Of a stretch of DNA of 40,000 bases, positions 26,338-34,849 are shown in pieces. Made by a program: the position numbers and the translations under genes. Below the pieces are notes generated by a model that saw only the letters and a program-made list of their open reading frames with translations, did no database searches and was not told the DNA's origin. Each line of letters starts with the position of its first letter. Position 1 is the first letter of the stretch. Source of the stretch: Acidisphaera rubrifaciens HS-AP3 (lineage in GTDB: Bacteria; Pseudomonadota; Alphaproteobacteria; Acetobacterales; Acetobacteraceae); the NCBI RefSeq assembly GCF_000964365.1, contig NZ_BANB01000009.1, positions 1 to 40,000 on the forward strand, written 5' to 3'.

Positions 26338-27297
26338 ATGCAGACGGCCGCCGTAATTGGAACCCAGGCTGTCCCAGTGGCGCGTTCGAACTTGTCGATC
26401 GTCACCATCTGCACTAAACAAAAGCGGTTCAAGCCATCGCCCGCGGGCACTCCGGCGGCGCTTACCGCCGCCACCCAGGCAGACCTAGCGGCCCAATGGA
26501 TAGCCGTGACGCAATCCCTGCCTCGCACGACGGTTGCCGCCAACCTCTACGCCGGACGCGCTTTCGGCCTTGCCCGAGACGCCGCGATGGTAACCGCCGC
26601 TCCGCTCTTCATTCTCTCAGCAGGCCTCGGCCTAGTGGCGTCCGACACGCCTGTTCCCGCCTATGGGTTGACGGTCTCGCGCAGCGGCGCGGAGTCCATT
26701 TGGAGCAAAGTCATCGGGCCGTTCGACGCGAGTCGGTGGTTCGCCGCGCTCACTAAAGGCCCCCACGCCGTCGGATGGGATAAGGTGTTCTCGCCGGGTT
26801 CGGGTCGCGTGCTGATCGCCCTGACCCGGCCCTATGCTGTGATGATCGCGCCGACGCTCGCAAGCCTGCCGCATGACGACTTAAAGCGGCTTCGCATATT
26901 CGGTGCCGGCCTCTCGACGCTCCTACCTCCGACTGTGCGCGAGGCCGTAGCCCCCTATGATGATCGTCTGGACACCATGATGCCGGGCACGCGGTCCGAC
27001 TTCGCTCAGCGCGCCCTGCTACATTTCGCGCAGCACATCGCAGTCGTTGCTCGCGATCAAAAGGGCGACGCCGAGGCGGTCAAATGCGCGCTCGCGCCGG
27101 TCCGCGCACCTTTGCGGCCGACCCGCCGGAGTGGGTCGGACGCTGACATCCTAACCTTGATCAAAGCTCGCCTAGCGCCGGGCGCGAGCGCGAGTCGATT
27201 GCTGCGTCAACTCCGGGACGAAGACTACATCGCCTGCGAACAGGGCCGTTTCACTGAGTTGTTTCGCCAGGCAAAAGCCGAGGACTGCGCGTCATGA
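26338..27297 (+). CDS. Uncharacterized first gene of the deazaguanine operon; YaaA(DUF328)/DUF6884-like N-terminal signature plus a helical C-terminal tail
   Basis: IVTICTKQKR ... ANLYAGRAF ... LFILSAGLGLVASDTPVPAYGLTV parallels the ISPAK ... Y.G ... LSGLYGVLRPLD...PYRLEM layout of YaaA-like proteins. There is an alternative TTG start at 26320. The stop overlaps the next ATG (ATGA). Confidence 0.4.
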   Translation: MQTAAVIGTQAVPVARSNLSIVTICTKQKRFKPSPAGTPAALTAATQADLAAQWIAVTQSLPRTTVAANLYAGRAFGLARDAAMVTAAPLFILSAGLGLVASDTPVPAYGLTVSRSGAESIWSKVIGPFDASRWFAALTKGPHAVGWDKVFSPGSGRVLIALTRPYAVMIAPTLASLPHDDLKRLRIFGAGLSTLLPPTVREAVAPYDDRLDTMMPGTRSDFAQRALLHFAQHIAVVARDQKGDAEAVKCALAPVRAPLRPTRRSGSDADILTLIKARLAPGASASRLLRQLRDEDYIACEQGRFTELFRQAKAEDCAS

Positions 27298-28436
27298 CCC
27301 GCCCAAAGAAGACCGGGGAGCCTATTCTGGCGGTGCGCGCCGTTCGGACGTTCCAGGCCGAGAAGGCCGTCTACGCCTTCTTCCTCGCCGGCGCGGACTT
27401 ACTGAGGATCGCAGACCTCTCACGGGTGCATCGCGATGCCGAGGGCTCGCTCCATGGGTTTCAACGGAAGGGCATCAGGAGCCACGTCCAGGCAATCACC
27501 GACTATCTTAACCACGGCCCGGCCCTCTTCCCGAATTCCATCATCCTGGCCATCTCGCCGCGTGCACGATTCACCGCAGCACGGGGTGAGCGGCCGGAAG
27601 GCGACTTGCGTGTGGCGGAGGCCGGTACTCTACGCATCCCCGTGCCAGTGGATGGAACGCGTGCCGCCTGGATCGTCGATGGTCAGCAGAGATCACTCGC
27701 TCTATCCCAAGCCAAGGATAAGGCCTTTCCCGTCCCCGTGGTTGCGTTCGCTTCGGAAGATCTTTCCGTCCACCGGGAACAGTTCATCCTGGTAAACAAG
27801 GCCAAGCCACTTGATCCGCGCCTGATCAATGAATTGCTGCCTGAGGTCGACGCGTACTTCCCGCGCGACCTCGCAGCGCGAAAGATCCCGAGCCTGTTGG
27901 TGCATCGGCTTCAGACGGCGGCGGATTCGCCATTGCAAGGCCTGATCCGGCGGGTGTCGGAGGAAGAGAACACAGCGGTCATCATCGACTCCGCGCTGAT
28001 CAAGGGGATTCGCCAAAGCATCGCCAGTGGGTTGGGCGCTTTGGGACCGCTCAGGGCCAGCGGTTCGCAACCGGCCGATGTCGATGGCATGTATCGAGTG
28101 CTCACCGCGTTTTGGTCCGCCGCTCGAGACGCCTTCCCGGAGGCGTGGGGTCGACCTGCGACTGAGAGCCGGTTGATGCATTCGGCGGGCATCGAAGCCA
28201 TGAGCCTGCTTATGGACAGAGTGATGTCGCGGGCTGCGCCGGGTGTCGATCTCTACACCCACGCCTATGAGGCTCTTAGTCGTGTAGCCCCGCACTGCCA
28301 TTGGACCTCGGGTCGGTGGGCGGAACTGCAACGTGATTGGAACGAAATCCAGAACGTTGCCCGCGACATCAAGATGCTGTCGAGCCACCTCGCTCGTCTC
28401 GACCACCTCTACGCCTTCGCCAAGGTGGCTTCGTGA
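27294..28436 (+). CDS. DGQHR-domain (DndB/DpdB-like, ParB/Srx superfamily) protein, paralogue 1
   Basis: 380 aa with HGFQRKGIRSHVQAITDYL, AAWIVDGQQRSLAL and REQFILVNKAKPL. The motif reads DGQQR rather than DGQHR. Confidence 0.8.
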   Translation: MTRPKKTGEPILAVRAVRTFQAEKAVYAFFLAGADLLRIADLSRVHRDAEGSLHGFQRKGIRSHVQAITDYLNHGPALFPNSIILAISPRARFTAARGERPEGDLRVAEAGTLRIPVPVDGTRAAWIVDGQQRSLALSQAKDKAFPVPVVAFASEDLSVHREQFILVNKAKPLDPRLINELLPEVDAYFPRDLAARKIPSLLVHRLQTAADSPLQGLIRRVSEEENTAVIIDSALIKGIRQSIASGLGALGPLRASGSQPADVDGMYRVLTAFWSAARDAFPEAWGRPATESRLMHSAGIEAMSLLMDRVMSRAAPGVDLYTHAYEALSRVAPHCHWTSGRWAELQRDWNEIQNVARDIKMLSSHLARLDHLYAFAKVAS

Positions 28437-29722
28437 GATTCATCTTCGCCGACAGCTTGGATACGATCGACCCGGCATACGACTTTGTCGCTGACCGCAA
28501 CGGCGCAGGCCGCACGGTCCACCGAGACGATCAATATCCTCACGAATTTCTCGACCAGGCGCCCTACGATGGCATCCTAGTGTCGCGCGGGATCGTCGGT
28601 GACGCTCGCCACCCGGGAAAGTATTCCGAGGCGCAGTTGATGCGGTTTCGGCGCGAGGGCGCCCGCCGGTTCCTGCGTTACCCGCTTGAGCGGTTCCCGG
28701 ATAGCGTGGTGATGGGAGACTGCGGGGCGTTCACTTACCGCAACCTACCCGAACCGCCGTATAGAGCCAGGGACACAGTAGAATTCTACGCGGACGGTGG
28801 CTTCTCCCATGGCTGTGCGCCTGACCACCTGATCTTCGATTTCGACGACGTGGGTGTCGAGCGGGCGCTGACCGATGTCCCCGAAGACATTCGCAAGCGG
28901 TACGAGATCACTCTTCAAAACGGCGTGGAGTTTTTCGCCGAGGCCGCACGGCTGGGGCCTGGCTTCACCCCGATGGGGGTCATCCAGGGCTGGTCGACCC
29001 GGAGTATGGCGGACGCCGCCCGCCAACTCGCCGCAATGGGCTTCAACTACCTGGCCATCGGCGGAACCGTCCCGCTGAAGATCAATCAGATCCGGCGGGT
29101 CCTGGCGGCTGTGCGGGACGCCCTGCCGAACACGGTGCGGCTCCACCTGCTCGGCTTTGGGAAGATCGAAGAGCTTCGATCTTTGGAGGACTTTGGCGTC
29201 ACTAGCTTCGACACGACATCACCGCTTTTGCGGGCCTTCAAGGACGCACGCAAAAACTACTGGGCGCGGACCGCAGACGGCGATCTGTCCTACTACACGG
29301 CTATTCGCATTCCCCAAGCCACCGAGAATAACAAGCTCAAGCATAAGGCGCTTGAGGGCAGCTTGAATCAAGAGGCGGCGCGCCACCTCGAAGACGCCGC
29401 GCTCAAATGCGTGAGGGCCTATGCAACGGGCGAGGCCACCCTCGATCAGAGTCTGGATGCCATCATGGCCTACTGGGCCGCGCTCAACTGGGACGAAGAA
29501 AACTCGCCCAGTCGCCGTGCCGACGCGGCGGCGCGACAGCGCCAAGTCTATTCCGAGACCCTGGCCGACCGACCATGGGAGCATTGCGGGTGCCGCGTCT
29601 GTCGGGAGGGCGGTGTCGAAGTGCTGATCTTCCGGACCTCGAACCGCAACAAGCGGCGCGGCATGCACAACCTCCATGTCTTCCACACGCACGTCAACGA
29701 ATTTCGGCAGGAAACCGTATGA
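28433..29722 (+). CDS. dpdA: DpdA-like DNA (7-deazaguanine) transglycosylase, TGT superfamily
   Basis: The GTG at 28433 overlaps the upstream stop (GTGA). Matches are VRFIFADSLDTIDPAYDF, VMGDCGAFTY, VIQGW, LHLLGFG and FDTTSPL, plus the TGT zinc motif HCGCRVC...MHNLH. The gene sits among DGQHR and queCDE genes. Confidence 0.85.
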   Translation: MRFIFADSLDTIDPAYDFVADRNGAGRTVHRDDQYPHEFLDQAPYDGILVSRGIVGDARHPGKYSEAQLMRFRREGARRFLRYPLERFPDSVVMGDCGAFTYRNLPEPPYRARDTVEFYADGGFSHGCAPDHLIFDFDDVGVERALTDVPEDIRKRYEITLQNGVEFFAEAARLGPGFTPMGVIQGWSTRSMADAARQLAAMGFNYLAIGGTVPLKINQIRRVLAAVRDALPNTVRLHLLGFGKIEELRSLEDFGVTSFDTTSPLLRAFKDARKNYWARTADGDLSYYTAIRIPQATENNKLKHKALEGSLNQEAARHLEDAALKCVRAYATGEATLDQSLDAIMAYWAALNWDEENSPSRRADAAARQRQVYSETLADRPWEHCGCRVCREGGVEVLIFRTSNRNKRRGMHNLHVFHTHVNEFRQETV

Positions 29723-30801
29723 GCGAGACCCACCTTTCATTCGACGCCCTGGTCCCGGCGCAAAGCCGCAATATGACCGTCTTCACCTTCGTGGCGAAGG
29801 CGGCAGACATCGCTCGATTCGCCCGAATCGAGCGCGCCGGGCGTGCTGCCGACGGTATGCTGCAGGGTTTCCAGCGTCCGCAGATCGCCGCCCACATCCG
29901 GGAGATCCGCGACTATCTCGAGAAACCTAACGCAATTCTACCTAATCCGATCGTTGTGGCCTTCCTGGGCAAGGCCGAACTCGAACCGTCTCGTAAGGCG
30001 AAGGAATCGCGGCGCCTGAAGATCGACATCAGCGATGGGCCGCCCGGCTGGATCGTCGATGGACAGCAGCGATTCACGGCACTGTCGGAGCTCTACGGAA
30101 GGGAGTTCGAAGTACTGGTCTCCGGGTTCCTCTGTGAGTCGGAGGAGGAGTTGCAGAAGCAGTTCATCCTAATCAACAATACTCGCCCCCTGCCAAAGGC
30201 ACTAATCTATGAATTGCTGCCGCAGGTCGCCGACCTGCCACCGCGGATGTCAAGTAGATCTCAGGCCGCGCTGCTCACCGAAGCCCTTAACTATCGCGCG
30301 GGCTCAGCGCTCAAGGGCCTGATTAAACAGCAGACGAACCCGAAGGGCGTGATTCGCGATACAGTCCTCCAACGGGTCATTATGAACTCGCTAAGCGACG
30401 GCGCCTTGCGTCTCTACGCCGGTGACGACGCGCTTCTGCTGAGCAAAGGCGTCGAACTGATCAGCGAATATTGGCACGCTGTGCAGACGGTTTTCGCCAC
30501 TGATTGGGATGGGAAGACTCCCAAAGACTCCCGGCTCATTCATGGGACCGGCATCATCGCCCTGGGCTATGTGATGGACTACCTTAACGCCGTCACCGGT
30601 GCCGAGGCTCGCGACGAGTTCGCTCGCGGACTGCGTCCGCTGAAAGGCAAGACAGCTTGGTCCTCCGGCGAGTGGCACTTCGGCGAAGAGCGCCGGCGGT
30701 GGAACGGCTTGCAGAACGTCCCCGCAGACGTCCGCCAATTATCCTTCTATCTCCTGGACGTCATCAAGGCGGCACTCGCCGAACAAGCGCGGGCAGCCTA
30801 A
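29719..30801 (+). CDS. DGQHR-domain (DndB/DpdB-like) protein, paralogue 2
   Basis: The ATG at 29719 overlaps the dpdA stop (ATGA). Matches are LQGFQRPQIAAHIREIRDYL, PGWIVDGQQRFTAL and QKQFILINNTRPL. It is collinear with paralogue 1 along its whole length. Confidence 0.8.
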   Translation: MSETHLSFDALVPAQSRNMTVFTFVAKAADIARFARIERAGRAADGMLQGFQRPQIAAHIREIRDYLEKPNAILPNPIVVAFLGKAELEPSRKAKESRRLKIDISDGPPGWIVDGQQRFTALSELYGREFEVLVSGFLCESEEELQKQFILINNTRPLPKALIYELLPQVADLPPRMSSRSQAALLTEALNYRAGSALKGLIKQQTNPKGVIRDTVLQRVIMNSLSDGALRLYAGDDALLLSKGVELISEYWHAVQTVFATDWDGKTPKDSRLIHGTGIIALGYVMDYLNAVTGAEARDEFARGLRPLKGKTAWSSGEWHFGEERRRWNGLQNVPADVRQLSFYLLDVIKAALAEQARAA

Positions 30802-30803
30802 CG

Positions 30804-31439
30804 ATGGTCGCATACGCCGTTAAAGAGATTTTCTACACGCTGCAAGGCGAGGGCCGGCATGCGGGCCGCGCCGCCGTCTTCTGTCGCTTCGCAGGCTGTA
30901 ATCTCTGGAGCGGCCGCGAGCAAGATCGAGGAACAGCGACCTGTCGCTTCTGCGACACGGACTTCGTTGGCGTTGATGGTCAGGGTGGCGGGCGTTTCCA
31001 GGACGCTGCCGCCCTCGCTCAGGCGATCTCCGACGCCTGGATCGGCCGGGGAGGCCGCCGCCTCGTTGTATTAACCGGCGGCGAACCTCTGTTGCAGGTC
31101 GACGAATTACTCATCGAGCGCCTACACGCCATGGACTTCGAGGTGGCAGTGGAAACGAACGGCACCGTCCCCGCGCCGGCTGGACTCGATTGGATTGCGG
31201 TCAGCCCAAAGGGGAACGCGAAACTCCAAATCCTGCAGGGGAATGAACTCAAGCTGGTTTATCCCCAACCCGAGGCACTGCCGGACCGTTTCGAGGAGTT
31301 GGCATTTGCTCACCACCTCCTCCAACCCATGGACGGGCCCGACCTTGCGGCCAACACAGCCGCTGCCGTGGCTTACTGTCTGGCTAACCCGCGTTGGCGG
31401 CTCTCCCTACAATCACACAAAGTTCTGGGGATTCCCTGA
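30804..31439 (+). CDS. queE: 7-carboxy-7-deazaguanine synthase (radical SAM)
   Basis: MVAYAVKEIFYTLQGEGRHAGRAAVFCRFAGCNLWSGREQDRGTATCRFCDTDF has the C-x14-C-x2-C cluster motif of the short QueE type. GGEPLLQ also matches. Length is 211 aa. Confidence 0.9.
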   Translation: MVAYAVKEIFYTLQGEGRHAGRAAVFCRFAGCNLWSGREQDRGTATCRFCDTDFVGVDGQGGGRFQDAAALAQAISDAWIGRGGRRLVVLTGGEPLLQVDELLIERLHAMDFEVAVETNGTVPAPAGLDWIAVSPKGNAKLQILQGNELKLVYPQPEALPDRFEELAFAHHLLQPMDGPDLAANTAAAVAYCLANPRWRLSLQSHKVLGIP

Positions 31440-31816
31440 TGTTCGAACTCAGCAAGGAATTTCGATTCGACGCGGCCCACACGCTAGAACGCGTGATCGA
31501 CACAGAGCCGAGCCGCCGAATTCATGGCCATTCCTACCGAGCCGAGGTAGTGATTCGGGGTCGCCCAGATCCTCAGACCGGGATGATCATGGACCTTGGG
31601 CTCTTCGAGCGTGCGCTGGAATCTGCTCGGGAGGGCCTCGATCATCGGTTCCTCGACGAACTCCATGACCTTGGTCCCTCGACGATGGAAAATCTATCGG
31701 CCTGGATCTGGCGCAAGGTCGAACCCGTCTGTCCCGACCTCTGGCGCGTTACCGTGCGTCGCGACAGTGATCAGGGCGCATGCAGCTATTTCGGCCGGGA
31801 GGGTCAAGGGGTATGA
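31439..31816 (+). CDS. queD: 6-carboxy-5,6,7,8-tetrahydropterin synthase
   Basis: [41 protein letters not shown]...MIMDLG...LDHRFLDE. The HGH zinc site is present. The position of the usual Cys in CxxxHGH reads Ser (SRRIHGH). The start overlaps the queE stop (TGATG). Confidence 0.85.
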   Translation: MFELSKEFRFDAAHTLERVIDTEPSRRIHGHSYRAEVVIRGRPDPQTGMIMDLGLFERALESAREGLDHRFLDELHDLGPSTMENLSAWIWRKVEPVCPDLWRVTVRRDSDQGACSYFGREGQGV

Positions 31817-32514
31817 GCGATGGCGGCGCGCTGGTTTTGTTTTCTGGCGGCCAGGACTCGGCGACCTGTCTCGCCTGGGCGCTGAGCCGTTTCGATCGAG
31901 TGGAAACGATCGGGTTCGACTACGGCCAACGTCATCGGATCGAGTTGGACGTGAGAACCCGTTTCCTGGGCGAGATCCGGACGGCATTTCCTCAATGGGG
32001 CCAACGCCTGGGAAACGATCATCTGCTCGACCTGTCATCGCTTGGCCGGATCAGCGACACCGCGTTGACGACCGGCGCCACCATCGCCTTCGCCAAGAGT
32101 GGACTGCCGAACACCTTCGTGCCAGGTCGCAACTTGTTGTTCCTGACCTACGCCGGCGCAATCGCCTACCGTCGCGAGATTAAGCACCTCGTGACCGGGG
32201 TCTGCGAGACAGACTATTCCGGCTATCCGGACTGCCGCGACGACACCATCAAGGTCGTCCAGGTGGCGCTCAACCTGGGAATGGACAAGCGCTTCGTAAT
32301 ACACACGCCGCTCATGTTGATTGACAAGGCGGCAACCTGGTCTCTTGCGACCCAATTGGGCGGGCTACCCCTGGTCGAGTTGATCGTCGAGCACTCGCAC
32401 ACCTGTTACGAAGGTGATCGGACCCAGCGGCACGCATGGGGATATGGTTGCGGCGCCTGCCCAGCCTGCAATCTTCGCGCCCAAGGTTACGCAATTTGGG
32501 CATCAGACGCCTAG
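31813..32514 (+). CDS. queC: 7-cyano-7-deazaguanine (preQ0) synthase
   Basis: [24 protein letters not shown] carries the PP-loop SGGxDS; FDYGQRH also matches. The C-terminal Cys cluster is CYEGD...[11 protein letters not shown]. There is an ATGA overlap with the queD stop. Confidence 0.9.
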   Translation: MSDGGALVLFSGGQDSATCLAWALSRFDRVETIGFDYGQRHRIELDVRTRFLGEIRTAFPQWGQRLGNDHLLDLSSLGRISDTALTTGATIAFAKSGLPNTFVPGRNLLFLTYAGAIAYRREIKHLVTGVCETDYSGYPDCRDDTIKVVQVALNLGMDKRFVIHTPLMLIDKAATWSLATQLGGLPLVELIVEHSHTCYEGDRTQRHAWGYGCGACPACNLRAQGYAIWASDA

Positions 32515-32797
32515 CAACTTCCCTTCAATTCCGTGCGGAAACGAGGTGTTTGTCGATTACTCGCACGACACCCGACGGCAGCGTGGCGCTTATGGACCTG
32601 ATACAAAAGTGCGACGACGGCGATTTTCTCAAAATCGTGGCCGAAGCTGTCCTTTGCTGCCATATGGCAGTGCTGCCGCATGCACACCATGAGCACTCAA
32701 CCCGCACGCGCACCCAAGGTCCAGCGATCGATGGACGCCAACATCATCAGAGGAGTGCCTTATCCAGAAGTCGAGTCGCGTCGCAGTCCGACCAGTT

Positions 32798-34849
32798 CTA
32801 TAGCCGTCGGCGCGCTTCTGCCCCCGACCAGTCCTCAACAGCGCGGACGATGCTCGTTGCCCCTCGGCCGGTTGCGTATACAAGCGGTCGGGCGCCCCGA
32901 CGCGACTTGATAAAGTCTGTCGCAGCATGTTTGGCAGATGCCCAGACAACCACTACAAGCTCTGCTCGAGCAACCATGGCGCCGAGAGCAGCGCTGCCAC
33001 CATGGTCGTGGTTGAGTTCGACCGTGAGGTTTGGGATCGCCGCCTGAAGCAAAGCCTCCGCCTGCCGGGCGGCGGGTTCGGTGAGTGTATAAATGCCCAC
33101 AACCTTGCCTTCCAGCGCAGCGCTGTTGAGGGCGGTCTCGGTCGGTGAGGGCGTGACGCCGAGGTCGATGCCCACCTCAGCAGCAAGCGCGGTCAGTGTC
33201 AGACGCTGACCTTCCGTAAGGCGCGGCCAGAGCGGGATAAGAACTGAGATTACGTCGATGCTGAATTCTTGCAGCCGGGTGGGGACGATAGGTGTGAAAC
33301 TTCGCGCGATCTCTACGAGCTCGAGGGCGTCGTAGGCGGACGTGCGGCTCAGGCCTTCGCTAGCGATGGTCTGCGCGGCATCCAGGGCGTCACGGTACTC
33401 CGCGACGGACAGACCGCACTTTAGTGCACCGTCGAGCAGGCCCGCTGCCGAGCGGAGCGCTGTCTCACCGCGACGGGCGCTCAGTGCCATGCGGGTGAGG
33501 GTTGCGAGATAGACCGGGCAGAGGTCCCGGCGCGGCCACCGTGGGTCCGACTGCGCCCATTGCACCAGGTAAGGGATCGCTTGTCCAAAGCGTTCTTCGG
33601 CCAACCCATCGGGAATGAGTTCGATCTTGGCGGCTAGCGCGCGCGCGGCGCCGACATCAGTGTCCGCGTCGGGCAGTCGCCAGGTGGTCGCTCCGGCGGC
33701 GGCCGCCTCGGCAGAGGCGAAGTCGTCCCTGGATAGGGCGTCCACCCAGGTGGACCAGTCGAAGGGTGGTTCGTGATCGCCCGCTCGCTCCAGCACCTCC
33801 TGCCAAATCGCGCGGTTGGCAGGGCGGCGGAAGAGATCATGGCGCGAATCAGCGCTGAGAGCGTTGACGGCGTCGCGTAACGCCGCATCGGCCGCAGGGT
33901 CGCCTTCGGCGGGTAATCCCGCCACGGTTATCAGCGCCGCGCGCGCCACAGCTAGCGGATCGTTCGTCGGCTCCGCATCGCGAGGGGCTGTTGACTCTTG
34001 TGGGACCTCCTGTCGCAGCGGCGGCACAAGGATGGCGCGCAGCCACTCGACTGCCGGTCGAGAGGGATCGGGGGCGATGCCAAGGAGCAATCGCGCGTAT
34101 TCCATCGCCGGATCGCTTCGCACCAGGTCGGGCGCGCGCTCGGCCGCCGCGTCGCTGTCGTAAACGGACGTCCAGTAGATGGCCTCGATTAGAATCTCGG
34201 CGGTGGCGGGCGCAGGCCCCGCCAGCGCCAGCGCTTCGAAGCGGTCGTGCCAACGGATAGCGCCCCAATCGCCTGCGACGGATAGGATCTGGACCTCGAG
34301 TTGGACGAGGTTGAGCGCCTCGAGGCGTGACTCTTCGCGCAGTACGGCGAGGATGCGCCAGGCCTCGGTGACGTCGCCGCCATTGAGAGCGTCTTGCAGC
34401 GCCGCGAGCAGACGCGAGGTCGGTTCAGGCCGGGCGATCGCAAGATCTGGAGCGCCCTCCAGGAGACTCGCTAACCGCACCAGGGCGCGTACCGCCACCG
34501 CCTCGCCTTGAGCATAGTTCCCGGGCTGAAGGCGCGCGGCTATCGTGATCCCAGCCCCAAGCAGTACTTGATCGACTCCGCGGGCGGGGTCGAGCGGCAC
34601 GGGTGCGCCCTCGAAGTCGGTGAACGTAGGACCGGCAAACGCGAGAAGCAGAGGCTCTAGCTTTCGCCATTCGGCTGGCGTTCGGGCAGCCGCGTAAACT
34701 ACGAGGTTGCCGCTTGGATCACGGACCGGAAACATCGCGCCCGGAAAGCGGGTCGACTGGAGGGTCGACGTCAAGCTGCGGGCACCCGCTGTGAGACTGT
34801 CCCAGTCGGCGGCTGCGGCGAGCGCCCCTAAATCGAGCGTTAGCCCCAT
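32798..34849 (-). CDS. Uncharacterized 683-aa protein, mostly helical, with a DUF2325-like C-terminal domain; last gene of the helicase-PLD operon
   Basis: The C-terminus KVVGIYTLTEPAARQAEALLQAAIPNLTVELNHDHGGSAALGAMVARAELVVVVWASAKHAATDFIKSRRGARPLVYATGRGATSIVRAVEDW follows the DUF2325 layout (strand, h.Dg.g, aDlVvv...sH, K....plv, s.S). The start overlaps the PLD gene's 3' end by 10 nt. Confidence 0.45.
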   Translation of the reverse strand: MGLTLDLGALAAAADWDSLTAGARSLTSTLQSTRFPGAMFPVRDPSGNLVVYAAARTPAEWRKLEPLLLAFAGPTFTDFEGAPVPLDPARGVDQVLLGAGITIAARLQPGNYAQGEAVAVRALVRLASLLEGAPDLAIARPEPTSRLLAALQDALNGGDVTEAWRILAVLREESRLEALNLVQLEVQILSVAGDWGAIRWHDRFEALALAGPAPATAEILIEAIYWTSVYDSDAAAERAPDLVRSDPAMEYARLLLGIAPDPSRPAVEWLRAILVPPLRQEVPQESTAPRDAEPTNDPLAVARAALITVAGLPAEGDPAADAALRDAVNALSADSRHDLFRRPANRAIWQEVLERAGDHEPPFDWSTWVDALSRDDFASAEAAAAGATTWRLPDADTDVGAARALAAKIELIPDGLAEERFGQAIPYLVQWAQSDPRWPRRDLCPVYLATLTRMALSARRGETALRSAAGLLDGALKCGLSVAEYRDALDAAQTIASEGLSRTSAYDALELVEIARSFTPIVPTRLQEFSIDVISVLIPLWPRLTEGQRLTLTALAAEVGIDLGVTPSPTETALNSAALEGKVVGIYTLTEPAARQAEALLQAAIPNLTVELNHDHGGSAALGAMVARAELVVVVWASAKHAATDFIKSRRGARPLVYATGRGATSIVRAVEDWSGAEARRRL

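Noticed and set aside
28337-28432. Upstream ATG start for the DpdA-like gene. Likewise 29407 for the second DGQQR gene, 31394 for queD and 39968 for the helicase.
   Set aside because: These extensions overlap the preceding gene by 50-300 nt and add non-homologous sequence. Starts that form ATGA, GTGA or TGATG overlaps with the upstream stop give canonical N-termini.
28433-29722. TGT-like gene as an ordinary tRNA-guanine transglycosylase (Tgt or archaeosine TGT).
   Set aside because: The N-terminus and overall motif set resemble the DpdA subgroup. The gene is translationally coupled to DGQHR/DndB-like DNA-associated proteins and faces a helicase/PLD operon. Housekeeping tgt is normally next to queA, yajC and secDF.
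32620-32660. GGCAGTGCTGCC and neighbouring partial palindrome as a bidirectional terminator between the convergent operons.
   Set aside because: The stem is only 5 bp with a 2-nt loop and no flanking U tract in either direction, which is too weak to call.
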